Source: Deltaproteobacteria bacterium
Lineage (GTDB): Bacteria; Desulfobacterota; Binatia; Binatales; Binataceae
Length of the DNA stretch: 64,000 bases
Reading direction: 5' to 3'
NCBI GenBank assembly: GCA_003135135.1
Contig: PLDK01000017.1
Location: 13,715 to 77,714, forward strand
Within the stretch, counting starts at the first letter, position 1. Every line of letters starts with the position of its first letter. This document shows positions 47,993 through 57,543 of this stretch, piece by piece. Both the position numbers and the translations under genes were made by a program. The notes beneath the pieces were generated by a model, which did no database searches, was not told where the DNA came from, and saw nothing but the letters and a program-made list of their open reading frames with translations.

Positions 47993-49150
47993 GTGGAGAA
48001 TAATAAGATGCTTGGTTTCGATTTGACCGACGAACAGCGCGAACTGAAAGAGCTGGCGCACAAGTTTGCCGAACAGGAAATAATTCCGCGCGCGCGCGAA
48101 TACGACGACAAGGAAATTTTTCCGGTGGACGTGTGCGAGAAGGCGTTCGCGGCGGGGCTGATGAACTTCGGAGTGCCGAAGGAGCTGGGCGGACCGGGAC
48201 TCGGCGTGCTCGACACGTGCCTGATCGTCGAGGAGCTGAACTACGGATGCTCGGGAATCTCGAACGCGGTGGGAGCCAACGACCTCGCGACGCTGCCGAT
48301 TCTAATCGCGGGCAACGACGAGCAGAAACGGACCTACCTGGGGCAGTTGGTGAAGAAGCTGACGTTTTGCGCGTTCGCGATCACCGAGCCGGGCGCGGGA
48401 TCAGATGTTGCCGCGATGAGTACCACGTACCGGCGCGAGGGCGACGAGTTCATCCTCAACGGTACCAAGCATTTCATCTCGAATGGATCGCGCGCGGACT
48501 GGTACGTCACGTTTGCGACCTCGGACAAGCGGCTCAAGCACAAGGGCATCTCGTGCTTCGTGTTTCCGTCGAGCGTGCCGGGAATCACACGCAACCGGAT
48601 GCACGGGAAACTCGGGCAACGCGCAGCCGACACCGGCGAAGTTTTCTTCGAGGACGTGCGAATACCCGCCAGCGCGTTGGTCGGACGCGAGGGCGAGGGT
48701 TTCAAGTACGCGATGGCGACGTTCGATCACAGCCGGCCCGAGATTAGCGCGATCGCGATTGGAATTGCGCAGCGCGCGCTCGACGAATGCCTCAAGTACT
48801 CGAAGCAACGCAGCGCGTTTGGGCAGCCGATCGCAAACTTTCAGGCGATTCAGTTCATGATGGCCGACATGGCGATCCAAATCGAAGCGATGCGGCTGCT
48901 GACGTACAAGGCGGCGTGGCTGGTCGATCGCGGCCAGGGCGCCAACACGATTTCGGCCTACGCGAAGGCATTCAGCGCCGACGCGACGATGCAGATCACG
49001 ACCGACGCCGTGCAGATTTTCGGCGGCTACGGCTACATGAAGGATTATCCGGTCGAGAAGCTGATGCGCGACGCGAAGCTGCTGCAGATCTACGAGGGCA
49101 CGTCGCAAATCCAGCGGGTCGTGATCGCGCGCAACCTGCTGAAGGAGTGA
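47993..49150 (+). CDS. Acyl-CoA dehydrogenase (short/medium-chain type)
   Basis: 385 aa; ACAD N-terminal, middle and C-terminal domains: AFAITEPGAGSDVAAM, catalytic region YEGTSQIQRVVIAR. Confidence 0.9.
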   Translation: MENNKMLGFDLTDEQRELKELAHKFAEQEIIPRAREYDDKEIFPVDVCEKAFAAGLMNFGVPKELGGPGLGVLDTCLIVEELNYGCSGISNAVGANDLATLPILIAGNDEQKRTYLGQLVKKLTFCAFAITEPGAGSDVAAMSTTYRREGDEFILNGTKHFISNGSRADWYVTFATSDKRLKHKGISCFVFPSSVPGITRNRMHGKLGQRAADTGEVFFEDVRIPASALVGREGEGFKYAMATFDHSRPEISAIAIGIAQRALDECLKYSKQRSAFGQPIANFQAIQFMMADMAIQIEAMRLLTYKAAWLVDRGQGANTISAYAKAFSADATMQITTDAVQIFGGYGYMKDYPVEKLMRDAKLLQIYEGTSQIQRVVIARNLLKE

Positions 49151-49166
49151 GCGCGGCGCGCACGGG

Positions 49167-49448
49167 TCAATTCGCTGGGGGCGCGACGGGATGCGGGATC
49201 GGCGGGTCCTGATCAGCGGGTTCGTTGCCGGTGACCGCGCCGACGTATTCACCCTCGTGGTACACGTCAACGCGGCCGGTCGTCGGATCGGGAAATAGAT
49301 TCCATTCGTCAGGCGGCGGCTCATCGGAGGGCGCCACATACGCGACCGGTGCAGGTGGAGGAGGAGCAGGCGGCGGCGCCGCGGAGCATGAGGCGATCGC
49401 GATCGACAACAGCAGGGGGAACGCGGCTCGCGAAATCCTTGTATTCAT
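49167..49448 (-). CDS. Small Pro-rich putative lipoprotein
   Basis: 93 aa from MNTRISRAAFPLLLSIAIASC (lipobox IASC) followed by an AP-rich segment. The longer track ORF upstream has no support. Confidence 0.4.
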   Translation of the reverse strand: MNTRISRAAFPLLLSIAIASCSAAPPPAPPPPAPVAYVAPSDEPPPDEWNLFPDPTTGRVDVYHEGEYVGAVTGNEPADQDPPIPHPVAPPAN

Positions 49449-49539
49449 GGCGCGGCGCTGATTCGCACAGACGGGACTGAATATCATCTTGTCGCCGGAT
49501 TGCACGAATCGCAAGCGGCGTGGCGCGCGCCCGCTAACG

Positions 49540-50481
49540 CTATTTGCGCGGGAGGCCCAGGACTTCGCGGAAGTGATGGATGGTTTTTTCCAGGCCGGGC
49601 CGAAGTGCGGTATGCGGCTGCCAGCCGAGGACCTTTTTCGCGAGCTCGATGTTTGGTTTGCGGCGGACGGGATCGTCGGCACGGGGCGGCTTGAGAGTCA
49701 CTTTCGAGGAGCTGGCTGAGAGTTCGATGGCGAGTTCGGCCAGTTCCGCGATTGTGAACTCGTCGGGGTTGCCGACATTAACCGGGCCGATGTGAGTCTC
49801 CTGATTCATCATGCGCACGAGCGCGTCGATGATGTCGTCAACGTAGGCGAACGAGCGGGTCGAAGCGCCGTCGCCGTAAATCTCGAGATCCTCTCCGCGC
49901 AGCGCGGCCACGCAGAAGTTGGAAACCACGCGGCCGTCGTTGATCGCCATCCGCGGGCCGTAAGTATTGAAGATCCGCACGATGCGGGTGTCGACGTTGT
50001 TCTGCCGGTGATAGTCCATCATGAGGCATTCGGCGACGCGCTTGCCCTCGTCGTAGCAGGAGCGCACCCCGATCGGGTTGACGTGGCCCCAGTACGACTC
50101 GGTTTGCGGATGCTCCTCGGGGTCGCCGTAAACCTCGCTGGTGGAGCTGAGCAGGATGCGCGCGTGCACGCGCTTGGCAAGGCCGAGCATGTTGATGGTG
50201 CCCATCACGCTGGTCTTGATGGTTTTGACCGGGTTGTACTGGTAGTGCACGGGCGACGCAGGGCAGGCGAGGCTGTAGATGCGATCGACCTCGAGCAGGA
50301 TTGGCTCGACGACGTCGTGGCGGATGAATTCGAAATTCCGGTTGCCGAGCAGGTGCATGATGTTGGCGCGCTTGCCGCTGAAGAAGTTGTCGAGGCAGAT
50401 GACCTCGTGGCCGTCCTTGAGCAAGCGCTCGCATAGATGGGAGCCGAGAAATCCCGCGCCGCCGGTTACCAGTGCTCGCAC
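49540..50481 (-). CDS. UDP-glucuronate decarboxylase (UXS-type extended SDR)
   Basis: 313 aa. [16 protein letters not shown] Rossmann motif, YxxxK (YDEGKRVAE) and extensive UXS-like blocks ([24 protein letters not shown]). Confidence 0.9.
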   Translation of the reverse strand: MRALVTGGAGFLGSHLCERLLKDGHEVICLDNFFSGKRANIMHLLGNRNFEFIRHDVVEPILLEVDRIYSLACPASPVHYQYNPVKTIKTSVMGTINMLGLAKRVHARILLSSTSEVYGDPEEHPQTESYWGHVNPIGVRSCYDEGKRVAECLMMDYHRQNNVDTRIVRIFNTYGPRMAINDGRVVSNFCVAALRGEDLEIYGDGASTRSFAYVDDIIDALVRMMNQETHIGPVNVGNPDEFTIAELAELAIELSASSSKVTLKPPRADDPVRRKPNIELAKKVLGWQPHTALRPGLEKTIHHFREVLGLPRK

Positions 50482-50496
50482 AGTTGTTCTCCCGGG

Positions 50497-51678
50497 TCAG
50501 CGGCGGTTTTCGCGGGCTATGGCGCGAACGGTTTCGATCACGTAGCCGACATCTTCGTCGGACATCGAGGCGTAGATGGGAAGCGACAGGCAGCGGCTGA
50601 AGATGCCTTCGGCGACCGGAAAATCGCCGTTGTGGTAGCCGTAGTTGCGCTGATAGTAGTGCATCGTGTGCAGCGGGATGCAGTGCACGGAGCATCCCAC
50701 ACCGCGCTCGCGCAGTATCTCGACGAACTGATTGCGGCCGAGCTTGAGGCGCTCGGGCCGGATGCGCAGCACGTAGAGATGCCAGGCGTGCTCGATCCCC
50801 GGCTCGGAGTAGGCAATCTGCAGCGCGTCGTCGGCGCGAAACGCCTCGTTGTAGGCGCGGGCGATCTCGCCGCGGCGGCGCATGAAGTCGTCCGCGCGCT
50901 TGATCTGGGCCAAGCCGATGGCGGCGTGCACGTCAGACAGGTTGTACTTGAAGCCCATGTCGTGGATTTCGTAGTACCACGAGCCGCTCTTGTCGTAGCG
51001 CTTCCACGCGTCCTTGTTCATCCCGTGCAGGCTGGCGACCGCGATTTTTTCGGCCAGCGCGTCGTCGGTGGTGGTGATCATGCCGCCCTCGGCGGTGGTG
51101 AAATTCTTGGTCGCGTAGAAACTGAAACAGGTGAGGTCGCCGATAGTGCCGACCTTTGCCATCCCGCGTCCGTCCATGTAGCGCGCGGAGCCGGCCGCGT
51201 GCGCGGCATCCTCGACAACTTTCAAATTGTAGTTGCGCGCGATTTTGAGGATCCGATCCATGTCGCAAGCCTGCCCGGCGAAGTGCACCGGCAGGATCGC
51301 GCGGACGCGTTTGTTGGCGCCACTCTCGAGCGCCTCCTCGATGCGGGCCGGGTTGATGTTGAAGGTGCCCGGATCGACGTCAACGAACACCGGCCGCGCG
51401 CCGAGGTAGCCGAGAATCTCGGCGGTCGCGGTGAAGGTAAACGGCGTGGTGATAACTTCGTCGCCGGGACCGATGCCGAGCGCCCATAGCGAAAGATGAA
51501 GCGCGCCGGTGCAATGCGAAACGGCGAGCGCGTGCTTCGCGCCGACGTAGCCGGCAAATTCCTGCTCGAAGCGCTTGGCCTTGGGTCCGGTGGTGAGCCA
51601 TCCGGAGCGCAGCGTGTCGAGAACCTCGCGCTCCTCGTCGGGTCCGATAGACGGACGATGAAATGCTACTTGTCGCAT
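50497..51678 (-). CDS. DegT-family aminotransferase, ArnB-like (UDP-4-keto-pentose aminotransferase candidate)
   Basis: 393 aa from the ATG at 51678. GxxTxxHxxxH-like region, PLP-Lys motif FSFYATKNFTTAEGGM, and SxxHP-like C-terminal blocks typical of ArnB/WecE-type enzymes. Confidence 0.85.
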   Translation of the reverse strand: MRQVAFHRPSIGPDEEREVLDTLRSGWLTTGPKAKRFEQEFAGYVGAKHALAVSHCTGALHLSLWALGIGPGDEVITTPFTFTATAEILGYLGARPVFVDVDPGTFNINPARIEEALESGANKRVRAILPVHFAGQACDMDRILKIARNYNLKVVEDAAHAAGSARYMDGRGMAKVGTIGDLTCFSFYATKNFTTAEGGMITTTDDALAEKIAVASLHGMNKDAWKRYDKSGSWYYEIHDMGFKYNLSDVHAAIGLAQIKRADDFMRRRGEIARAYNEAFRADDALQIAYSEPGIEHAWHLYVLRIRPERLKLGRNQFVEILRERGVGCSVHCIPLHTMHYYQRNYGYHNGDFPVAEGIFSRCLSLPIYASMSDEDVGYVIETVRAIARENRR

Positions 51679-51772
51679 TGTGTTTGATTCGGTTGAAATC
51701 GGCGCAATCCCGTTGGTTGTGTCAGTTTTGGAGTATAAGGGATAGGTCAAAAGCGGAGCAAGGCGGAACTCG

Positions 51773-53449
51773 ATGAGGCGCGCAGGATGGGCCGCGGCTG
51801 CGGCGGTGGTCGGATGGTACGTGTTCGCGCTGGCGATATTGCATCCGCTCGCCGACGCGCCGGTGGTGGATAGCTGGCTGTACGGCTCGGCCGTGCGCCG
51901 TTTTCTGCGCACCGGCGAGATCAGGTTTGCCGGTTTCACGCAGGCGATGCCGATAGCGCAGGTGATCTACGGCGTGGCTTGGTCGCGCGCGTTCGGCGCC
52001 AACTCGGCGTCGCTGGAAATCTCGGTAGTCGCGCTGGCGGTGCTGTGCGGAGTGATGTTCCATGCGCTCGCGATCAAATGCGGCGCGTCGCGATGGCAGG
52101 CGCTGGCGGCGACGGGCCTGCTGATCTGCAATCCCTGTTTCACCTTCCTGAGTTTTTCGTTCATGACCGAGGTTCCGTTCCTGACGATGCTGGTCGCGGC
52201 GCATCTGGCGTTCGCCAAGGCCGAAGGACCGCGCGAGGGTTTGTGGCTTTGGATAGCGGCGGCGCTGGCGGTGATCGCTTTCATGATTCGGCCGTTCGGT
52301 GCGATTGCGATAGCCGGGTCCGTGGGCGCGATGCTGCTTTACAATTACAATGCCCGGCCGCCGGGAGCGCGTCGTTGGGATCGCGCGCGATGGCTCAAGA
52401 TGATGGCGCCGTTCGGCGTGGCGCTGGCGGTCTGTGCGTTCCTGTGGATCTGGCTGACGGTGCTGGGTCCGAAGCCATGGGCCCTGCAGCTTGACGAAAA
52501 GCACTTCGCCTACATTTTCCGCGTGCCGCTGGCGAGCTATATCCGCGCGGGCGTGCTCGGTCCGGCGCTTTACCTGGGCATGGTGCTGTCTCCCCTTGCG
52601 ATTCTGCAGTTGACGACGCCGCGATGGCGCCGGGTGGCGATTGGCGGCGCGGGAATTTTCGCAACCGCGCTGATCCTGATGTGGGTGGATGATCGGTTGC
52701 CCGTGACGCCGGAGTGCAGTTGCTTCGGCGGGTGGCGCAACGTGCTCATACTGCACGGGGGTTCGAATCGTTTTTCATGGGATGGCGACTGGCAATACGC
52801 GTTCCTGGCGCTGGCAAGTTTTGGCGTGGCCGGATTTATTGCCGCGTTCGCGGAAATCTTCAGAACTCTTTCACGGGCGGCTGCCGCGATGGTGATAGCG
52901 GCGATAATCTATTGGGCGGCGACTATCCCGCTGTGGTTTTACAACGACCGTTACTACCTGGTGATGGTCCCGGCCGGCGCAATTGTGCTCGCGCTTGCAC
53001 CGCTGCCTCGAAGCAGGATGGTCAAGGCGGCAGGATTGGCGATGACGCTCGCGATGGGACTGTTGTCGCTCGGCGGGACGTATGCGTATCAACGTGGGAT
53101 GGAGGTAATCCTCGCAACGCGCAACGAACTGGAACGCGAGGGAGTTCCACGCTCAGCGATCGATGCCGGCTATGCGCTCAACGGCGAAGACCTCTATCGT
53201 TATCCCAAGCATGGGATTGAATCGATGAAGCTCGAAGCGGGAATCCCGATGATCACGTCGGATAAAGCGGCTGAATACACGATTGTCAGCGAGCCTATCG
53301 CCGGCATGGACGTCGTGCGGCGCCTGAAATGGCCGGGACTGTTCGGCCTGGGCCATCGCTACTTTTACCTGGTGAAACAGCGCGCGGCGGCCGGCAACGG
53401 AACCAATCCGCCGGGCGCCCCGCCAACCGCCCCGCCGCAGCGCAACTAG
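51773..53449 (+). CDS. GT-C fold integral membrane glycosyltransferase (ArnT/PMT-like topology)
   Basis: 558 aa; about 12 TM helices plus a soluble C-terminal domain. The first periplasmic loop carries an acidic/aromatic motif (VVDSWLYGS) that resembles the DE..Y motif of GT39/GT83 enzymes. Divergent from the aminopentose genes. Confidence 0.5.
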   Translation: MRRAGWAAAAAVVGWYVFALAILHPLADAPVVDSWLYGSAVRRFLRTGEIRFAGFTQAMPIAQVIYGVAWSRAFGANSASLEISVVALAVLCGVMFHALAIKCGASRWQALAATGLLICNPCFTFLSFSFMTEVPFLTMLVAAHLAFAKAEGPREGLWLWIAAALAVIAFMIRPFGAIAIAGSVGAMLLYNYNARPPGARRWDRARWLKMMAPFGVALAVCAFLWIWLTVLGPKPWALQLDEKHFAYIFRVPLASYIRAGVLGPALYLGMVLSPLAILQLTTPRWRRVAIGGAGIFATALILMWVDDRLPVTPECSCFGGWRNVLILHGGSNRFSWDGDWQYAFLALASFGVAGFIAAFAEIFRTLSRAAAAMVIAAIIYWAATIPLWFYNDRYYLVMVPAGAIVLALAPLPRSRMVKAAGLAMTLAMGLLSLGGTYAYQRGMEVILATRNELEREGVPRSAIDAGYALNGEDLYRYPKHGIESMKLEAGIPMITSDKAAEYTIVSEPIAGMDVVRRLKWPGLFGLGHRYFYLVKQRAAAGNGTNPPGAPPTAPPQRN

Positions 53450-54501
53450 CTGGCGCTGCCGGGCGCAGGTCCCGGCATCACGTAGGTCGGGATGCCGGTT
53501 TTCTGTTCGACAGCTTTTTCGAGCTTCTGCATATCGACCTGGTCGGTAATTCCCAGCCGGTCGGCTTCCTTCTGCGCGTATGCCCACAGCCCGGCGTAAC
53601 GGCCGTAGAGATCGTCGTGGACCTCGACGTAGAGCGAGTCTCCGCGCCATCCAAACTTCACGGGCTGATAGACGAACATCCCGGGCGTGCCGATTTTCAC
53701 CTTGTTGAACAGCCGCTCGATGTCCTCGGGATACAGCCGGATGCATCCGTGACTGACTTCCATGCCGACGCCCCACGGCACGTTGGTGCCATGCAGGGCG
53801 TACTCGGGGATAGTCAGCTCGATGCGGTAATGGCCCAGTGGATTGTCGGGATCGTCACCCGAGACCACGTGCTCGGCCTCGCCGTCACGCTCGAGATGTT
53901 CCTCGTAGATGTCCTCGGGCACCACCCAGGTCGGATTGCGGGTCTTTCCGCGGACCGTAAAATCTCCGACCGGCGTTTTCCAATCGAAACGCCCCAGCCC
54001 GACCGGAAACGTGTACACCACCGATGGCCTCGCGCCGCCCGCAGAGTGCTTCTTGCCCGTGACGAATTTGGCGGGCGTCACTTTGTCTTTGCGATGGAGC
54101 GGTCCGGTCGGCGACGGAAAATAATAGTACAGCCGCATCTCGGGGATGTTCAGCACGATCCCAACGTGCGGCGTATCGGGCAGGATGTGCTCGTCGGGCA
54201 GAATGACATCCCTGCCGACCGGGGGCCCCCACCAGTCGATTCCGCCATTTGCGTTCGAAATTTCCTTGGCCGTCACGCCGAACCATCGCCCGACGTCGAG
54301 CAGCGTGTCGCCCTTCTGGATTTGGTACGTGATGAGATTGCCGATGATGTCGTCCTTGCCGTGAGGAAGCGGATAGGCATAGAGCGGGCGCCGCTCGAAT
54401 TCGTTTTCAGTCCACGCGCCATTGGCAGCCGGGATCGCGACCAACGCGACGAGAAACAGGGCGGGGAAGAATCGAATCGCGATATCAATGAAGCGCTTCA
54501 T
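53446..54501 (-). CDS. L,D-transpeptidase (YkuD) with N-terminal LysM domain
   Basis: Signal peptide; LysM (YQIQKGDTLLDVGRWFGVTAKEISNANG); YkuD catalytic motif HGTNVPWGVGMEVSHGCIRL. Confidence 0.85.
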   Translation of the reverse strand: MKRFIDIAIRFFPALFLVALVAIPAANGAWTENEFERRPLYAYPLPHGKDDIIGNLITYQIQKGDTLLDVGRWFGVTAKEISNANGGIDWWGPPVGRDVILPDEHILPDTPHVGIVLNIPEMRLYYYFPSPTGPLHRKDKVTPAKFVTGKKHSAGGARPSVVYTFPVGLGRFDWKTPVGDFTVRGKTRNPTWVVPEDIYEEHLERDGEAEHVVSGDDPDNPLGHYRIELTIPEYALHGTNVPWGVGMEVSHGCIRLYPEDIERLFNKVKIGTPGMFVYQPVKFGWRGDSLYVEVHDDLYGRYAGLWAYAQKEADRLGITDQVDMQKLEKAVEQKTGIPTYVMPGPAPGSAS

Positions 54502-54601
54502 GAACTCCCGGGTAGCGTGACGAAAATCGGCGCGAACGATTCGGATAACGGCGTATTAGGATAAGGGCGTGGTCGCATTCAGTAGAATGATAGCGGCCCG
54601 A

Positions 54602-56827
54602 TCAGTCTCCGAGCAACCGCAGGTTTGCGAACTTCAGCACCAGCAGCTTGATCCCGCCGCGCTCGAAATTAACCCACGCCTTGGCGCCGTCGCCGCGCCC
54701 TTCGCGCCTGCGAACGATTCCGCGGCCGAAGGTCGGATGGATCACGCGCGCGCCGATCGAAAGGCCATCGCCGCCGGGGCCCGGCTCGTCGTCGGGCAAC
54801 TGGCTGTCGGCGAAATCGACGTAGGGCTCGCGCGGCGACAGCGGGCGAATGGGTGGAGTCTCGCGAGCGGGCGCGATGCGGCGAATCAGGGCGGGATCGA
54901 CCTCGCGCAAGAATCGCGATTGACGCGACTCCTGGCGCACGCCGTAGAGTTCGCGCGAGAGCGTGTTGGTCAGATAGAGCAACTGCTGCGCGCGCGTCAT
55001 GCCGACGTAGCACAGCCGGCGCTCCTCCTCGACTTCCTCGTCGATCTCGGCGGCGCGGCTATGCGGAAACAGGCCTTCCTCCATCCCGGCCATAAACACG
55101 ATTGGGTATTCGAGGCCCTTGGAGGTGTGCAGCGTCATCAGCGCTGCGCGTCCGCCGCTGGAATCGATCTGCTCGGTGTCGCTGACCAGTGCGACGCGTT
55201 CGAGGAACTCGGGCAAACCGCCGCCGGATTTTTCGGCGTCGAAGGCGCTGGCCGCGGAAAGCATCTCGGCGAGATTTTGCTTGCGTGCCGGCGCGTCGTC
55301 GAGCGTATCGAGGTACGCCTCGAAACCGCTGTGCGCCACTACTTCCTCGACAATCCCGCGGACGCTCAAATCGGGCGCGCGCGCGCCGAGATCGTGCATC
55401 CACGAATAGAGCATCCCGGCCTGCTTGGCGATTCTGAGCGCGACCCTGGAGCAGGTCTCGAGCCGGCCCATCGCCTCGAAGGCCGGGATACGCTCGCGCG
55501 CGGCCAGTTCGGCAATCGCCTCGAAGGACTTCGCGCCAATTCCGCGCGGCGGCGTGCCGACCATTCGTTCGAGGCTGACGGCGTCGGCTGGATTGGCGAT
55601 CACGCGCAGGTAGGCGAGCAGATCCTTGACGTCGCGCTGCTCGTAAAAGCGCACGCCGCCGACGATGTAGTAGGGGATTCGCCGGCGCACGAGAGCCTCT
55701 TCGATCGCGCGCGACTGAGCGTTGACGCGGTAGAAAACTACGACGTCGGCGGCTCTGAATCCGCCCACGCCGGTCAGCCGCGCAATCTCGAGCGCGATAA
55801 AGTCAGCCTCATCGCGCTCGTCGCGCCCGGTGAAGTAGGTGACCGGCTCGCCGGCGCTGTTTTCGGTCCACAGATTCTTGACCTTGCGCTCGGTGTTGTT
55901 GCGGATGACGGCGCCCGCCGCGGCAAGGATGGTTTTCGTCGAGCGATAGTTTTGCTCGAGCTTGAAAATCTGCGCGGCCGGGTAGTCGCGCTCGAAATCG
56001 AGGATGTTGCGAATGTCGGCGCCGCGCCAGCCGTAGATGGATTGATCCTCGTCGCCGACCACGCACAGATTTCCCGATCGCGCGGCGAGCGCCCTGACGA
56101 TCAAATACTGGACGCGATTGGTGTCCTGGTACTCGTCGACCAGCAGATGCGCCGCGCGCCGCTGCCATCGCTCGAGGGTTTCAGGAAAGCGCTCGAACAA
56201 CAGCCAGGTTTGCAATTGCAAATCGCTGAAGTCCATCGCGTTCATCGCGCGCATCCGCTCCTGGTAGAGCCGGTAAATCTGCGCGATCGAGGCGTCGCGC
56301 CCTGGCTTGGCGCGCGCAAGCATCTCGTCGGGCGTGACCGCCTCGTTCTTGGCCTGCTCGATTCGCGCCCGTGCAAGTTCGAGCGGTGGCGAGTCGGCCA
56401 GCGCGGCATCGCCGAGCACCTGGCGAATCGTGGCCAGCGAATCGCCCTCGTCGAGAATCGAAAAATTGCGGTCGTAACCGAGCGCATGGCCTTCCTGGCG
56501 CAGGATTCGCGCGCACGCGGAATGAAAGGTGCTGACCCACGGGATGCGCGCGTCGTTGTCTCCGCCGACGAGAGATGCGACGCGCTGGCGCATCTCATTG
56601 GCCGCCTTGTTGGTGAAGGTGACCGCCAGGACTTCGGCCGGCGACGCCTTGCGCTCGGCCAGGATGTGGGCGATACGGTAGCTCAGCACGCGGGTCTTGC
56701 CCGAGCCTGCGCCGGCGAGGATGAGTATCGGGCCGTCGGGCGCAAGCACAGCGGCGCGCTGTTCAGGATTCAAATCGTCGAGCTTCACGGTGACCGTCGC
56801 AGTTTCAAAACTTCCGGGCGGAGCCAA
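54602..56827 (-). CDS. uvrD: ATP-dependent DNA helicase UvrD/PcrA
   Basis: 741 aa; LAGAGSGKTRVL (motif I), TFTNKAANEMRQR, DEYQDTN, and C-terminal Tudor-like blocks. Confidence 0.9.
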   Translation of the reverse strand: MAPPGSFETATVTVKLDDLNPEQRAAVLAPDGPILILAGAGSGKTRVLSYRIAHILAERKASPAEVLAVTFTNKAANEMRQRVASLVGGDNDARIPWVSTFHSACARILRQEGHALGYDRNFSILDEGDSLATIRQVLGDAALADSPPLELARARIEQAKNEAVTPDEMLARAKPGRDASIAQIYRLYQERMRAMNAMDFSDLQLQTWLLFERFPETLERWQRRAAHLLVDEYQDTNRVQYLIVRALAARSGNLCVVGDEDQSIYGWRGADIRNILDFERDYPAAQIFKLEQNYRSTKTILAAAGAVIRNNTERKVKNLWTENSAGEPVTYFTGRDERDEADFIALEIARLTGVGGFRAADVVVFYRVNAQSRAIEEALVRRRIPYYIVGGVRFYEQRDVKDLLAYLRVIANPADAVSLERMVGTPPRGIGAKSFEAIAELAARERIPAFEAMGRLETCSRVALRIAKQAGMLYSWMHDLGARAPDLSVRGIVEEVVAHSGFEAYLDTLDDAPARKQNLAEMLSAASAFDAEKSGGGLPEFLERVALVSDTEQIDSSGGRAALMTLHTSKGLEYPIVFMAGMEEGLFPHSRAAEIDEEVEEERRLCYVGMTRAQQLLYLTNTLSRELYGVRQESRQSRFLREVDPALIRRIAPARETPPIRPLSPREPYVDFADSQLPDDEPGPGGDGLSIGARVIHPTFGRGIVRRREGRGDGAKAWVNFERGGIKLLVLKFANLRLLGD

Positions 56828-56886
56828 TCAGGATAGCGGCTCCGGCGCGCGCGGCAAAGCGAGCGGGCGCCGACGCGGGTGAATTT

Positions 56887-57480
56887 GTGCCGACTTACGA
56901 ACCACACGACAAATTTTACCGCAAGGCGCGTGCGCTGGGATTGCCGTCGCGGGCGGCGTTCAAGATTGAAGAAATAATTGCGCGCAACCGGCTCCTCGGG
57001 ATGGGTGCGCGAATCGTCGATTTGGGATGCGCGCCGGGCGGATGGCTGGCGATCCTCGTGGCGGCGGCGGGCGCGAGCGGACGCGTGGTCGGAGTTGATC
57101 TGGCGCAAGTGAAGAATCCGCCGGCCGGCGCGATCACGATCGCCGGTGACATCCTGGATCCAACTGTCGCCGCGCGGGTGAATAGCGAACTTGGCGGACG
57201 GGCCGATCTGGTGACGAGCGACCTCGCGCCGAAACTGACCGGGATTGCCGCACGCGACGAGGCACGCTCGCGGGAGCTGATAGATTGCGCGTTGGGCTTC
57301 GCGATAACGGTGCTGAAACCGGGTGGCGCGATGGTCGTGAAGCTCTTCATGGGCGCGCAATTCAAGGACATCGTCGATTCATTCAAGCGGCATTTCGGAA
57401 ATGTCGAAGTGACGCGCACCAAAGCCAGCCGCCCGGGATCGTCGGAACTGTACATCGTGGCCCGCGAGTTCCGGGGTTGA
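56887..57480 (+). CDS. rlmE: 23S rRNA (uridine2552-2'-O)-methyltransferase RlmE (FtsJ)
   Basis: 197 aa; SRAAFKIEEI..., SAM motif VDLGCAPGGW, DxxxK catalytic tetrad elements. GTG start. Confidence 0.85.
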   Translation: MPTYEPHDKFYRKARALGLPSRAAFKIEEIIARNRLLGMGARIVDLGCAPGGWLAILVAAAGASGRVVGVDLAQVKNPPAGAITIAGDILDPTVAARVNSELGGRADLVTSDLAPKLTGIAARDEARSRELIDCALGFAITVLKPGGAMVVKLFMGAQFKDIVDSFKRHFGNVEVTRTKASRPGSSELYIVAREFRG

Positions 57481-57543
57481 GAAAAGCGAGACGGAGCCGC
57501 GATGCGCTTGGCATCTGGCGCCTGACGCGCGTAAGGTTTGACC

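Noticed and set aside
52755-52768. tRNA T-arm-like motif GGTTCGAATCG
   Set aside because: It lies inside the GT-C membrane protein CDS (encoding HGGSNRF) and has no flanking acceptor or anticodon arm structure. It is a chance match.
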